From assembly GCA_041665925.1 (NCBI GenBank), contig JBAYHW010000006.1:1-46082 (forward strand): 46,082 bases of DNA, given 5' to 3'. This stretch comes from Minisyncoccota bacterium. GTDB taxonomy: Bacteria; Patescibacteriota; Minisyncoccia; Phycocordibacterales; UBA9973. The notes beneath the pieces were generated by a model. That model made no database searches, was not told where the DNA came from, and was given only the letters and a program-made list of their open reading frames with translations. The position numbers and the translations under genes are program-made. The stretch's first letter is position 1. The number at the start of each line of letters is the position of its first letter. Of this stretch, positions 9,399-17,346 are shown piece after piece.

Positions 9399-9863
9399 AT
9401 GGGAGAAAAATTATCATCAGTAAATACTTCAGAAAAACAATCCCCTACCCATTTTCAACAACTTTTGAAGATGTTAAGGCTTCCCGAGACTGCAACGGAA
9501 GTTGATATCAAAGACCGATTAGAGCAGGAAGAATTCAATGAGTTTATAGGCAAAGTCGAGTTAAGAAAAATATTACCTGCCGAACAACCAATCCACGAGG
9601 GCAATAATTCCTTAAACGTTTGGCGAGAGATGTATTTTAGGAGATTTGATAAATTTCTGGGGTATAACAAAAATATTTTAGGGAAAATGTCTGCGAGATT
9701 TTTGAACGAAAAAACAAAAAAAGAATACAAAGGTACTAAAGAATGGTTGGAAAACGTAATCAGCAATTTTCGCGCCATTAGAGACTTATGTAAAATTCAA
9801 CTTCCCTCACCTAGCGAAGAAGAGCTTGTAAGGATTTTAGACAATTGGCCCACTCACAAATAA
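9399..9863 (+). CDS. Hypothetical protein
   Basis: 154-aa ORF filling the gap between dnaE and pth, preceded by TGT-TATAAT; no recognisable motif. Confidence 0.65.
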   Translation: MGEKLSSVNTSEKQSPTHFQQLLKMLRLPETATEVDIKDRLEQEEFNEFIGKVELRKILPAEQPIHEGNNSLNVWREMYFRRFDKFLGYNKNILGKMSARFLNEKTKKEYKGTKEWLENVISNFRAIRDLCKIQLPSPSEEELVRILDNWPTHK

Positions 9864-9866
9864 AGA

Positions 9867-10394
9867 TCAGTTATACAAACTCATCGCTTTTTCTTTGCTT
9901 TCGGTAAAGATACACTCTACGGCTTCGGCGACTTTCTTGGAAAGTTTTTTGAGAGTTTCTAGTTCTGACTTTTTAAATTCACCAAGAATAAATTTAATAA
10001 CATCCTTTTCGCCATGTGGTTTCTTTATTTTGCCTGATGGAGTCGTGGGTGCTATACCTATTCTAATACGAAGAAATTCCTCGCTCTTTAGTGCTTTGAT
10101 TATAGAACCTAGGCCATTATGCCCTCCACTCGAGCGATTGAAAGATATTTTCATTTTGCCTATTGGTAAATCAATGTCGTCATAGATGACCACTAAATCT
10201 TTCAAATCTTTTTTAGATTTTACAAGCTGAGCCACAGCCTTGCCAGAATTATTCATAAAATTGTCTGGCATCAAAAATTTGATTTTAATTTTTTCAAGCT
10301 TCGGTTCTATGAGTCCCACCAAAATACGACCGGTATTATGCCGTGTCTTTTCGTATTCTTCTCCTGGATTTCCTAAACCGACTATTAATTTCAT
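9867..10394 (-). CDS. pth: Peptidyl-tRNA hydrolase
   Basis: LIVGLGNPG, TRHN, FMNNSG, YDDIDLP, GGHNGL, RIRIGI. Confidence 0.96.
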   Translation of the reverse strand: MKLIVGLGNPGEEYEKTRHNTGRILVGLIEPKLEKIKIKFLMPDNFMNNSGKAVAQLVKSKKDLKDLVVIYDDIDLPIGKMKISFNRSSGGHNGLGSIIKALKSEEFLRIRIGIAPTTPSGKIKKPHGEKDVIKFILGEFKKSELETLKKLSKKVAEAVECIFTESKEKAMSLYN

Positions 10395-10511
10395 CCCGTT
10401 AGAGATAGGAAATCTTTAGATTTCCGTACCTATTTTAACTTTAATAAAAATCAACCCTAGTAATAATTTAACATTTATAAAAACAATTCACTACTCAATC
10501 TCTAATGGGAT
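10393..10511. repeat. 119-bp MITE/REP-like element with 14-bp terminal inverted repeats overlapping the pth start codon
   Basis: ATCCCGTTAGAGAT (10393-10406) vs ATCTCTAATGGGAT (10498-10511), 13/14 complementary; internal GGAAATCT-tt-AGATTTCC hairpin. Confidence 0.55.
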
Positions 10512-10569
10512 TCATTACACAATAAAAACCACTAACATGTCAATGTTATTTTATGCTATATTATAAGCC

Positions 10570-11142
10570 ATGGAACCAATAAAAATTGAAGAAAAAACAA
10601 GGAAACAATCGTTTTGGGAGCTTGTACGTTTTGCTTTAATAGCCCTATTAGTAGTCATACCTATTCGTGTATTGATAGCTGAGCCCTTCATCGTATCGGG
10701 TTCTTCAATGGTGCCTACCTTTAAAAATGGAGATTACCTAGTGGTAGATAAACTCTCATACGAATTAGGGTCACCAAAAAGAGATGATGTGGTTATTTTT
10801 CGTTATCCCGGAGATACAACAAAATTCTTTATAAAAAGAATAATCGGTCTACCAAATGAAACTGTAGATATAAAAGGTAATGATGTAACTATAACAAACA
10901 CTCAATACCCGGAAGGATTTAAGCTAGACCAACCTTTTGTGAAAAATATAGCAAATAACGACACCCATTTTGAACTCAAGAGTGATGAATATTTTGTACT
11001 TGGAGACAACAGAAGCGCAAGCTCCGACTCAAGGTATTGGGGTGCAGTTAAAGAAAATCTTTTAGTCGGTAAAGCTTTTGTTCGTTTGCTTCCGATTAAC
11101 AAAATAGATATTTTCCCTGGTAGTTATAATCAAATAAATTAA
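10570..11142 (+). CDS. lepB: Signal peptidase I
   Basis: N-terminal TM helix, SGSSMVPT (Ser), FIKRIIGLP (Lys), GDNRSASSDSR. Confidence 0.95.
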   Translation: MEPIKIEEKTRKQSFWELVRFALIALLVVIPIRVLIAEPFIVSGSSMVPTFKNGDYLVVDKLSYELGSPKRDDVVIFRYPGDTTKFFIKRIIGLPNETVDIKGNDVTITNTQYPEGFKLDQPFVKNIANNDTHFELKSDEYFVLGDNRSASSDSRYWGAVKENLLVGKAFVRLLPINKIDIFPGSYNQIN

Positions 11143-11143
11143 T

Positions 11144-12451
11144 ATGAAAAAAACAACTCACGCCAATAAAACTAAAGGTGCCGAATTGACATCACCGAAA
11201 GGCATGCGAGATTTAATGAACGAGGAATACTACGCCTTTCAGGCATTTTTTGAAAAAGCACAAGAGGTAGCTGTATATTACGGCTTTAAGCCAATAGATA
11301 CTCCTATTTTAGAACAAGAGGAGGTTTTTACTGGTGCTATAGGCGAAGGCACGGACATTGTGGATAAAGAAATGTATACTCTGAAAACAAAAGGTGGAGA
11401 CCATCTAGCTCTTCGTCCTGAACACACTGCTCCCTTAATGCGCGCTTATGTAGAACACGGAATGCAGAATATGCCTCAGCCAGTAATGTTTTATCAATAC
11501 GGCCCAGCTTTCAGACATGATAAACCCCAGCGAGGTCGCTATCGCCAGTTTTGGCAATTTGATTTAGATAGTCTTGGAAGTGATAAAAGTATAATGGATG
11601 CCTTAGTTGTGAAAGCAGGTATGAGTATTCTAGAAGAAGCTGGAGCAACGGACTTATCAATAGATATAAATTCTATTGGAGACAAAGAATGCCGAAACGG
11701 GTATTTAAAAGAACTCACTAATTATTATAAAAAACACTTGAGCAGTTTACCGGCAGTGGACCGAGAAAGATTAAAAACTAATCCCTTACGCATCCTAGAC
11801 TCCAAAGAAGAAAAAACAAAAGAAATCAATGAAGGCGCTCCGGATTCTGTTTCTTTTCTCTGTGCATCTTGTAAAAAACATTTCAAAGAAGTTCTAGAAT
11901 ATCTGGAGGAAATGGACATTCCTTACAACATAAACAAAAACTTAGTCCGAGGACTTTCTTATTACACCCGCACCGTCTTCGAAATAATAGAACAAACAGG
12001 CGGCGAAGATGGCACCCCACTTACTCTCGCGGGTGGAGGACGTTATGATTATCTAGCTCGCCAGGTGGGCAGTAAGCGTGATGTCCCTGCTGTCGGAATA
12101 TCTATCGGCGTAGACAGAATTATTGCCTCTCCTTGGTACAAAAAGCTGTCTCCCCGCATCATGAAAAAGCCAAAGATTTATTTTATTCAACTCGGCTCAG
12201 AGGCTAAACTTAAGAGCTTAAACATTATAGAAATACTACGTAAAGCTCATATCCCTATAGCTCAATCACTTTCGAAAGATTCATTGGGTTCACAGTTAGC
12301 TATCGCTGAAAAACTTGCGATCCCCTACTCTATTATTTTCGGAGTTAAGGAAGCGTTAGACAATTCTGTTATTGTCCGAGATATGTCAAACAGATCTCAA
12401 GACACAGTGAAGCTTTCTAAACTTCTAGAATACCTAAAAGAACTAAAATAA
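11144..12451 (+). CDS. hisS: Histidine--tRNA ligase
   Basis: LRPEHTA, FRHDKPQRGRYRQFWQ, RGLSYYT, GGGRYD. Confidence 0.97.
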   Translation: MKKTTHANKTKGAELTSPKGMRDLMNEEYYAFQAFFEKAQEVAVYYGFKPIDTPILEQEEVFTGAIGEGTDIVDKEMYTLKTKGGDHLALRPEHTAPLMRAYVEHGMQNMPQPVMFYQYGPAFRHDKPQRGRYRQFWQFDLDSLGSDKSIMDALVVKAGMSILEEAGATDLSIDINSIGDKECRNGYLKELTNYYKKHLSSLPAVDRERLKTNPLRILDSKEEKTKEINEGAPDSVSFLCASCKKHFKEVLEYLEEMDIPYNINKNLVRGLSYYTRTVFEIIEQTGGEDGTPLTLAGGGRYDYLARQVGSKRDVPAVGISIGVDRIIASPWYKKLSPRIMKKPKIYFIQLGSEAKLKSLNIIEILRKAHIPIAQSLSKDSLGSQLAIAEKLAIPYSIIFGVKEALDNSVIVRDMSNRSQDTVKLSKLLEYLKELK

Positions 12452-12464
12452 CAAATACAAAAAT

Positions 12465-13016
12465 ATGAAGAAAATTCTTCAACAAACAGAAAAAGTCCTC
12501 CGAAAAACGGCAGATGAGGTGCCTGTAACAGCAATACACACTCTAAAAATACAAAAAATTCTAAAAGAGATGTCTTCAGCCCTAAAAAGCCAAGACGACG
12601 GCGTAGCAATAGCCGCACCGCAAATAGGATATTCTTTACGTATATTTGTGGTCTCAGGTAAAATTTTTGGTAAAAACTTTGCTAGAAGTAGAGAAGAAAA
12701 ACTATTAAACGACAGTTATGTCACGGAAGTAAAAAAAGAAATTATCAAAGATCTTGTTTTTATAAATCCGAAAATATCTAAGCTATCTAGAGAAAAAGAC
12801 TGGATGCCTGAAGGTTGCCTCTCTGTCAGATGGCTGTATGGTCAAACTTTCAGATCTAAGAAGGCCACCGTCACGGCTTATGATGAAAATGGTAAGAAAT
12901 TTGTTCGTGGTGCTTCAGGGCTACTCGCCCAAATATTCCAACACCAAACAGACCACCTAGATGGAGTCCTATTCATCGACCACGCCAAAGATATAAAAGA
13001 AGAGTTGCCTAAATAA
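12465..13016 (+). CDS. def: Peptide deformylase with HQTDH in place of HExxH
   Basis: GVAIAAPQIG, EGCLS and QHQTDHLDG motifs; adjacent to fmt. Confidence 0.9.
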   Translation: MKKILQQTEKVLRKTADEVPVTAIHTLKIQKILKEMSSALKSQDDGVAIAAPQIGYSLRIFVVSGKIFGKNFARSREEKLLNDSYVTEVKKEIIKDLVFINPKISKLSREKDWMPEGCLSVRWLYGQTFRSKKATVTAYDENGKKFVRGASGLLAQIFQHQTDHLDGVLFIDHAKDIKEELPK

Positions 13017-13017
13017 T

Positions 13018-13905
13018 ATGAAACTAAATTTTGCATTTTTTGGTACGCCTGACGTGGCCTCTCATACCCTTGAAATTTTAAAAGGGGATGGTTATATACC
13101 TTCCTTAATAATAACCTCCCCTGACAAGCCAAAGGGGCGTAAAATGCTTATAGCTCCCCCACCGGTGAAAATTTGGGCAGAAGAAAACAATATCCCATAT
13201 ATTCAACCAGAAAAATTGACTAAAAAAGAAATTTATAATGTTTTGAGAACCCTTTCGTGGGCTGACGAGCCGAGAAGAGCAATTTTACAGCAGGAAAATA
13301 TGCGTGGTGAACAAAATATTATAGATTTCTTCCTGGTTGTCGCTTATGGAAAAATAATTCCTGAAGAAATTTTAAATATACCGAAACTTGGCTCAATTAA
13401 CATACATTATTCCCTGTTGCCGAAATATCGTGGAGCCTCACCCGTTGAATCCGCAATACTAAATGGAGACATAGAAACAGGGGTGACTATTCAAAAAATG
13501 GTTTACAAAATGGACGCTGGGCCTATAATTGCCACAGAAAAAACAAGTATTCTACCTGATGAAACATCTCCAGATCTAAGGAAGCGCCTAATCAAAATCG
13601 GCGGAGAACTTTTGATAAAAACTTTACCGAAATTAATAAATAAAGAAACAGAGGAAATCCCCCAAGATGAAAGCAACGCAACTCACTCTAAAAAAATTAA
13701 GAAAGAAGATGGATTAATTGACTTATGCGACAACGCTGTAAAAAATTACAACAAATTTAGAGCCTACGCCACCTGGCCTAGAACTTTCTTTTTTAAAGAT
13801 GGCAAAAGAATCCTAATCACCAAAACAAAGTTAGAAGAAGGTAAATTTATTATAGAAAAAATTATCCCTGAAGGTGGCAAGGAAATTGACTATACAAATA
13901 ACTAA
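13018..13905 (+). CDS. fmt: Methionyl-tRNA formyltransferase with an internal insertion
   Basis: FFGTP, VVAYG, NIHYSLLPKYRGASP, MDAGPI. Confidence 0.95.
   Translation: MKLNFAFFGTPDVASHTLEILKGDGYIPSLIITSPDKPKGRKMLIAPPPVKIWAEENNIPYIQPEKLTKKEIYNVLRTLSWADEPRRAILQQENMRGEQNIIDFFLVVAYGKIIPEEILNIPKLGSINIHYSLLPKYRGASPVESAILNGDIETGVTIQKMVYKMDAGPIIATEKTSILPDETSPDLRKRLIKIGGELLIKTLPKLINKETEEIPQDESNATHSKKIKKEDGLIDLCDNAVKNYNKFRAYATWPRTFFFKDGKRILITKTKLEEGKFIIEKIIPEGGKEIDYTNN
13234..13323. repeat. 90-bp in-frame palindromic insertion inside fmt
   Basis: TATAATGTTTTG (13234-13245) and CAAAATATTATA (13312-13323) form an 11/12 inverted repeat; the span is exactly 30 codons at a position where Fmt is normally short. 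Confidence 0.55.
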
Positions 13906-15641
13906 TACACCTCTTGTTGGTAGCATTTTTCACAATAAACTATATCAGGACTGTCTGGAGAATAGGAAGTCTCAAATTCATTCGGACAATGTCCTTCATT
14001 ATGTAAATGATGAATGGCAAAATTCTTATAAACTCCGTTTTCGGATTCTACTCCCGCACACTGACACGATCTATGCCAAAGCTTAGATGAATTTAATTTA
14101 TTTAATCTTCCGTAATAACGACAATTAGGGCAAAGTCTAGGAAGCGGTAAATTCATTCTTTTATAAAATTCCAGCTCTCTAGGAATGATTCTAAAGGCTG
14201 TCGTACAGCCATGCTTACAATCCCCCATATCAGCACAACCTATAGACTGAGTTAAAATATCTTCACTGATATCTTTAATATCATCTGGCAGGTCTTCTGG
14301 TTTGATAGTAATATCATAATTTTTAGTATTAGGGTCTTGCCATCTCAATCCCCTACTTAAAGCTTCTTCCTTGGTAAGTGGAAAGTATTCCTGCGCTACT
14401 GTTTCATTATATGCAAACATGGATAACTCCATTGGACAAAATTCTCCATATTCTCCTGCTGCTGTCATTTGTTTTATAATTTTTTCGGTTAAACTTTTGT
14501 ACTCTTCTTCTGAATATTGTTTATTAAAAATACAAAATTCTTTATTCTTTAGACCAATACATGCAAAAACATTTTTAGATTGATTACACATAAAAGAGTA
14601 CTGACTGTCGGTAGAATGCACGGCACGCAAACAGAATTTTACATTGTATGATCTCCCACTACTAGTACATTCATATGCGAGTTCTGTATCTCCCCCACTG
14701 TAAGTATCCATAGAGTCTTTATAGCGCATATTATCCCAAATATATCGTACATTTTCGCAATCCTTAACCCCGAAACTCATAAAAACATTTTTAGAGCCAA
14801 CAATATTGTCTCCGGTAGAATTAGGAGAATTTATAATAGTTAGATTTCTATTAATACTATTTTCGCAAAGTGTCTTAAATTCTTTTAAGGCTTTTTCTTT
14901 TTCAGCAAAAGAGCCTGAATTGTATTCGGCCATTTTCTTTATATATTCTTCTTTAGAAAGTTGTTCGTTTTTAAAACAATATTGTTTATTGCGTAAATTG
15001 GTGCACATAAAGCAATCAAGACAATTTTTACAATTAAGAAGCATGCTGGAATTAGCGCAATTTTCAGAAAACATAGAAAAACTTAAGAAACTACATGAAA
15101 TACACTCAACGCACTCATATAGAAATTCTGAACCATCGAAGATTTGCATACAATCTACGCAATCTCTAGATCTATTTACCCGGTAACCATAAAGAGCATT
15201 TGTAGAATAATGAGTCCTAGCACATAAATAACAATCCTTGGAGCGACCGACGTCATTGTTGTAATCACAATTTTCAGAATTCTCTATACGTAAAGATGGC
15301 CACGGCATCTTGAGCATAAATTCTCTCATTTGAGGGAAAAATGGCCTAGAAAAATCATAGTCTTGCCCATACTCCATGGGGTCAAATTCATCACTATACC
15401 AAAACTTTTGATCGAAAACTTTATGCGGTGAATCCGGCGAATACACAGAAATTATATCTTTACCAGTTTTATCGCATTTCCTTTTATATAAAATTCGTTC
15501 ATTTCGGAAACTCATCCGACGCATTTGCCTACAATCCGTACATAAAGTCGGTGGAGGAACTTTTACTTTTTCATAAAAATTAAAATCCTCAACTTCGATA
15601 TTGAAAGTTTTTTTACAATTTTTACAATTCCTTGTTTCCAT
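13902..15641 (-). CDS. Large Cys-rich, multi-zinc-ribbon protein of unknown function (CPR-typical family by recollection)
   Basis: CKNC, CTDC, CDKTG, many CxxC/CxC repeats, CPNC, CEKCY; start METRNC at 15641 avoids overlap with raiA. Confidence 0.75.
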   Translation of the reverse strand: METRNCKNCKKTFNIEVEDFNFYEKVKVPPPTLCTDCRQMRRMSFRNERILYKRKCDKTGKDIISVYSPDSPHKVFDQKFWYSDEFDPMEYGQDYDFSRPFFPQMREFMLKMPWPSLRIENSENCDYNNDVGRSKDCYLCARTHYSTNALYGYRVNRSRDCVDCMQIFDGSEFLYECVECISCSFLSFSMFSENCANSSMLLNCKNCLDCFMCTNLRNKQYCFKNEQLSKEEYIKKMAEYNSGSFAEKEKALKEFKTLCENSINRNLTIINSPNSTGDNIVGSKNVFMSFGVKDCENVRYIWDNMRYKDSMDTYSGGDTELAYECTSSGRSYNVKFCLRAVHSTDSQYSFMCNQSKNVFACIGLKNKEFCIFNKQYSEEEYKSLTEKIIKQMTAAGEYGEFCPMELSMFAYNETVAQEYFPLTKEEALSRGLRWQDPNTKNYDITIKPEDLPDDIKDISEDILTQSIGCADMGDCKHGCTTAFRIIPRELEFYKRMNLPLPRLCPNCRYYGRLNKLNSSKLWHRSCQCAGVESENGVYKNFAIHHLHNEGHCPNEFETSYSPDSPDIVYCEKCYQQEVY

Positions 15642-15660
15642 CACAGTCCAAAGTGTATAT

Positions 15661-16059
15661 TTAGTATTTAGAAGTAAAAGGATTTCGTTTAGAAAGACCT
15701 TTGAGCATTTTTTTGACGCTCTTGGCACCGCGACGGAATAATGTCTGCTTGCGGTCTTTGTTCTTATTTATCTCGTTAAAAAGAATCTCTTTGACTTCGT
15801 CTACGGCACTATACAAATCTTCATTATCACTACTGCCATAGAAGTTGTCGCCGTCTATGGTTATGGAACAATCTGCATGAAAAACTTCTCCAGCCTTGTG
15901 GTGATTCGTAGACTTTGAAACCTCAAAAGAGACTTTGACCTCCCCGGCCTTTGTTTTTATGTTTGATAATAATTTTTCTAGGTTGGTTACCCGTTTTAAA
16001 ACATAATCTTTAATAGCTTCTGTCAATTCCATGTTTTTACTTTGTAAATTTATTTGCAT
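15661..16059 (-). CDS. raiA: Ribosome-associated translation inhibitor / hibernation factor
   Basis: MQINLQSKNMELTEAIKDYV...EDLYSAVD matches the RaiA/HPF pattern. Confidence 0.88.
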   Translation of the reverse strand: MQINLQSKNMELTEAIKDYVLKRVTNLEKLLSNIKTKAGEVKVSFEVSKSTNHHKAGEVFHADCSITIDGDNFYGSSDNEDLYSAVDEVKEILFNEINKNKDRKQTLFRRGAKSVKKMLKGLSKRNPFTSKY

Positions 16060-16095
16060 GACTTTATTGTAGCATATGTTTGCTATACTTAGAAC
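16060..16095. promoter_or_regulatory. Back-to-back extended -10 promoters for raiA and ndh
   Basis: TGC-TATACT (16084-16089, +) and TGC-TACAAT (16071-16066, -), each 6 nt before its ATG. Confidence 0.6.
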
Positions 16096-17343
16096 ATGTC
16101 TGAGAAAGTAAAAATTCTAATAGTCGGCAACGGTTTTGGAGGGGTATATACCTTGAAAAACCTACATAAATCTTTCTGTGGAAAGAAAAATATAGAGCTC
16201 GCTATGGTTGGCGATAAGAATTACTTCCTCTTTACTCCACTTCTGCATGAAGTAGCTACCGGCAGCCTAAACCCCAGCAACATCATAGAGCCCATCCGAG
16301 AAGTCTTGGGGTGTTGTATAGATAAATTTTATCTTGGAAATGTGCAGTCTGTAAATTTAAACACTCACACCGTAAAATTACAAAAAGAAGATATTGCATA
16401 TGACTATCTAGTGCTCGCTCCTGGGGCACAAACAAATTTCTTCAATACTCCTGGATCTGAAGAAAATTCTTTTACTCTTAAAAATATTGAAGACGCTATA
16501 AAAATAAAGAACCATTGCATTGCTCAAATGGAACGCGCGTCACACACAGAAGATGAAGTAGAGAAAAGGAAAATGTTAAAGTTTGTCGTAGTTGGTGGAG
16601 GGCCTACGGGAGTAGAGCTGGCAGCAGAACTTGCAGAATTGATCCAAGAAAGTTTCTATCGTTATTACAAATGCGACACTTTAAAATATGTATCTATGGT
16701 CCTGATACAAAAAGGGCCGGAGTTGGTACCACAATTCCACACTAAAACACGAAAGAAAAGTCTTGAGACACTTCTTAAAAAAGGCATAGAGATAAAGCTC
16801 TCAAGCACTGTGAAAGAAGTAAACTCCAAATTCATATTGGTAAATGATAATGAGAAAATATTTTCTGAAACAGTAATATGGGTTGGTGGTATAAAACCAG
16901 TCAGTGTATCATTCGACCAAGAAGTAGATCGTACGCCTGACGGAAGAATTCTAGTTAATGAATTTTTACAACTACCTAAATACAAAAATGTCTATGCTGT
17001 GGGTGATGTCTCGGCGTTCAAAGATAAAAAGACTAGTACTTATCTTCCGGCACTCGCCCAAGTAGCCGAAAAAGAAGCGAAAACTGTAGCAAAGAACATC
17101 CAGTTAACAATATGTGGCAAAACTCCGCAAGAATTTAAATATAAAAGTCTGGGATACTTATTATCCTTGGGACAATGGATGGCCGTAGGTGAAATATTCC
17201 ATATTACTTTTTCAGGTCGCTTCACTTGGTGGCTTTGGAGGACAGTATACTTAGTAAAATTTCTTTCACTACGAAAAAAGATACGAGTCGCCATAGATTG
17301 GACGATGAATATATTCTCTACCCGCGATATTTCACAACTCTAA
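16096..17343 (+). CDS. ndh: Type II NADH:quinone oxidoreductase (FAD-dependent)
   Basis: VGNGFGG, FLFTPLLHEVATG, VGGGPTGVE, VYAVGD, ALAQVA, C-terminal amphipathic helix. Confidence 0.88.
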   Translation: MSEKVKILIVGNGFGGVYTLKNLHKSFCGKKNIELAMVGDKNYFLFTPLLHEVATGSLNPSNIIEPIREVLGCCIDKFYLGNVQSVNLNTHTVKLQKEDIAYDYLVLAPGAQTNFFNTPGSEENSFTLKNIEDAIKIKNHCIAQMERASHTEDEVEKRKMLKFVVVGGGPTGVELAAELAELIQESFYRYYKCDTLKYVSMVLIQKGPELVPQFHTKTRKKSLETLLKKGIEIKLSSTVKEVNSKFILVNDNEKIFSETVIWVGGIKPVSVSFDQEVDRTPDGRILVNEFLQLPKYKNVYAVGDVSAFKDKKTSTYLPALAQVAEKEAKTVAKNIQLTICGKTPQEFKYKSLGYLLSLGQWMAVGEIFHITFSGRFTWWLWRTVYLVKFLSLRKKIRVAIDWTMNIFSTRDISQL

Positions 17344-17346
17344 AAA

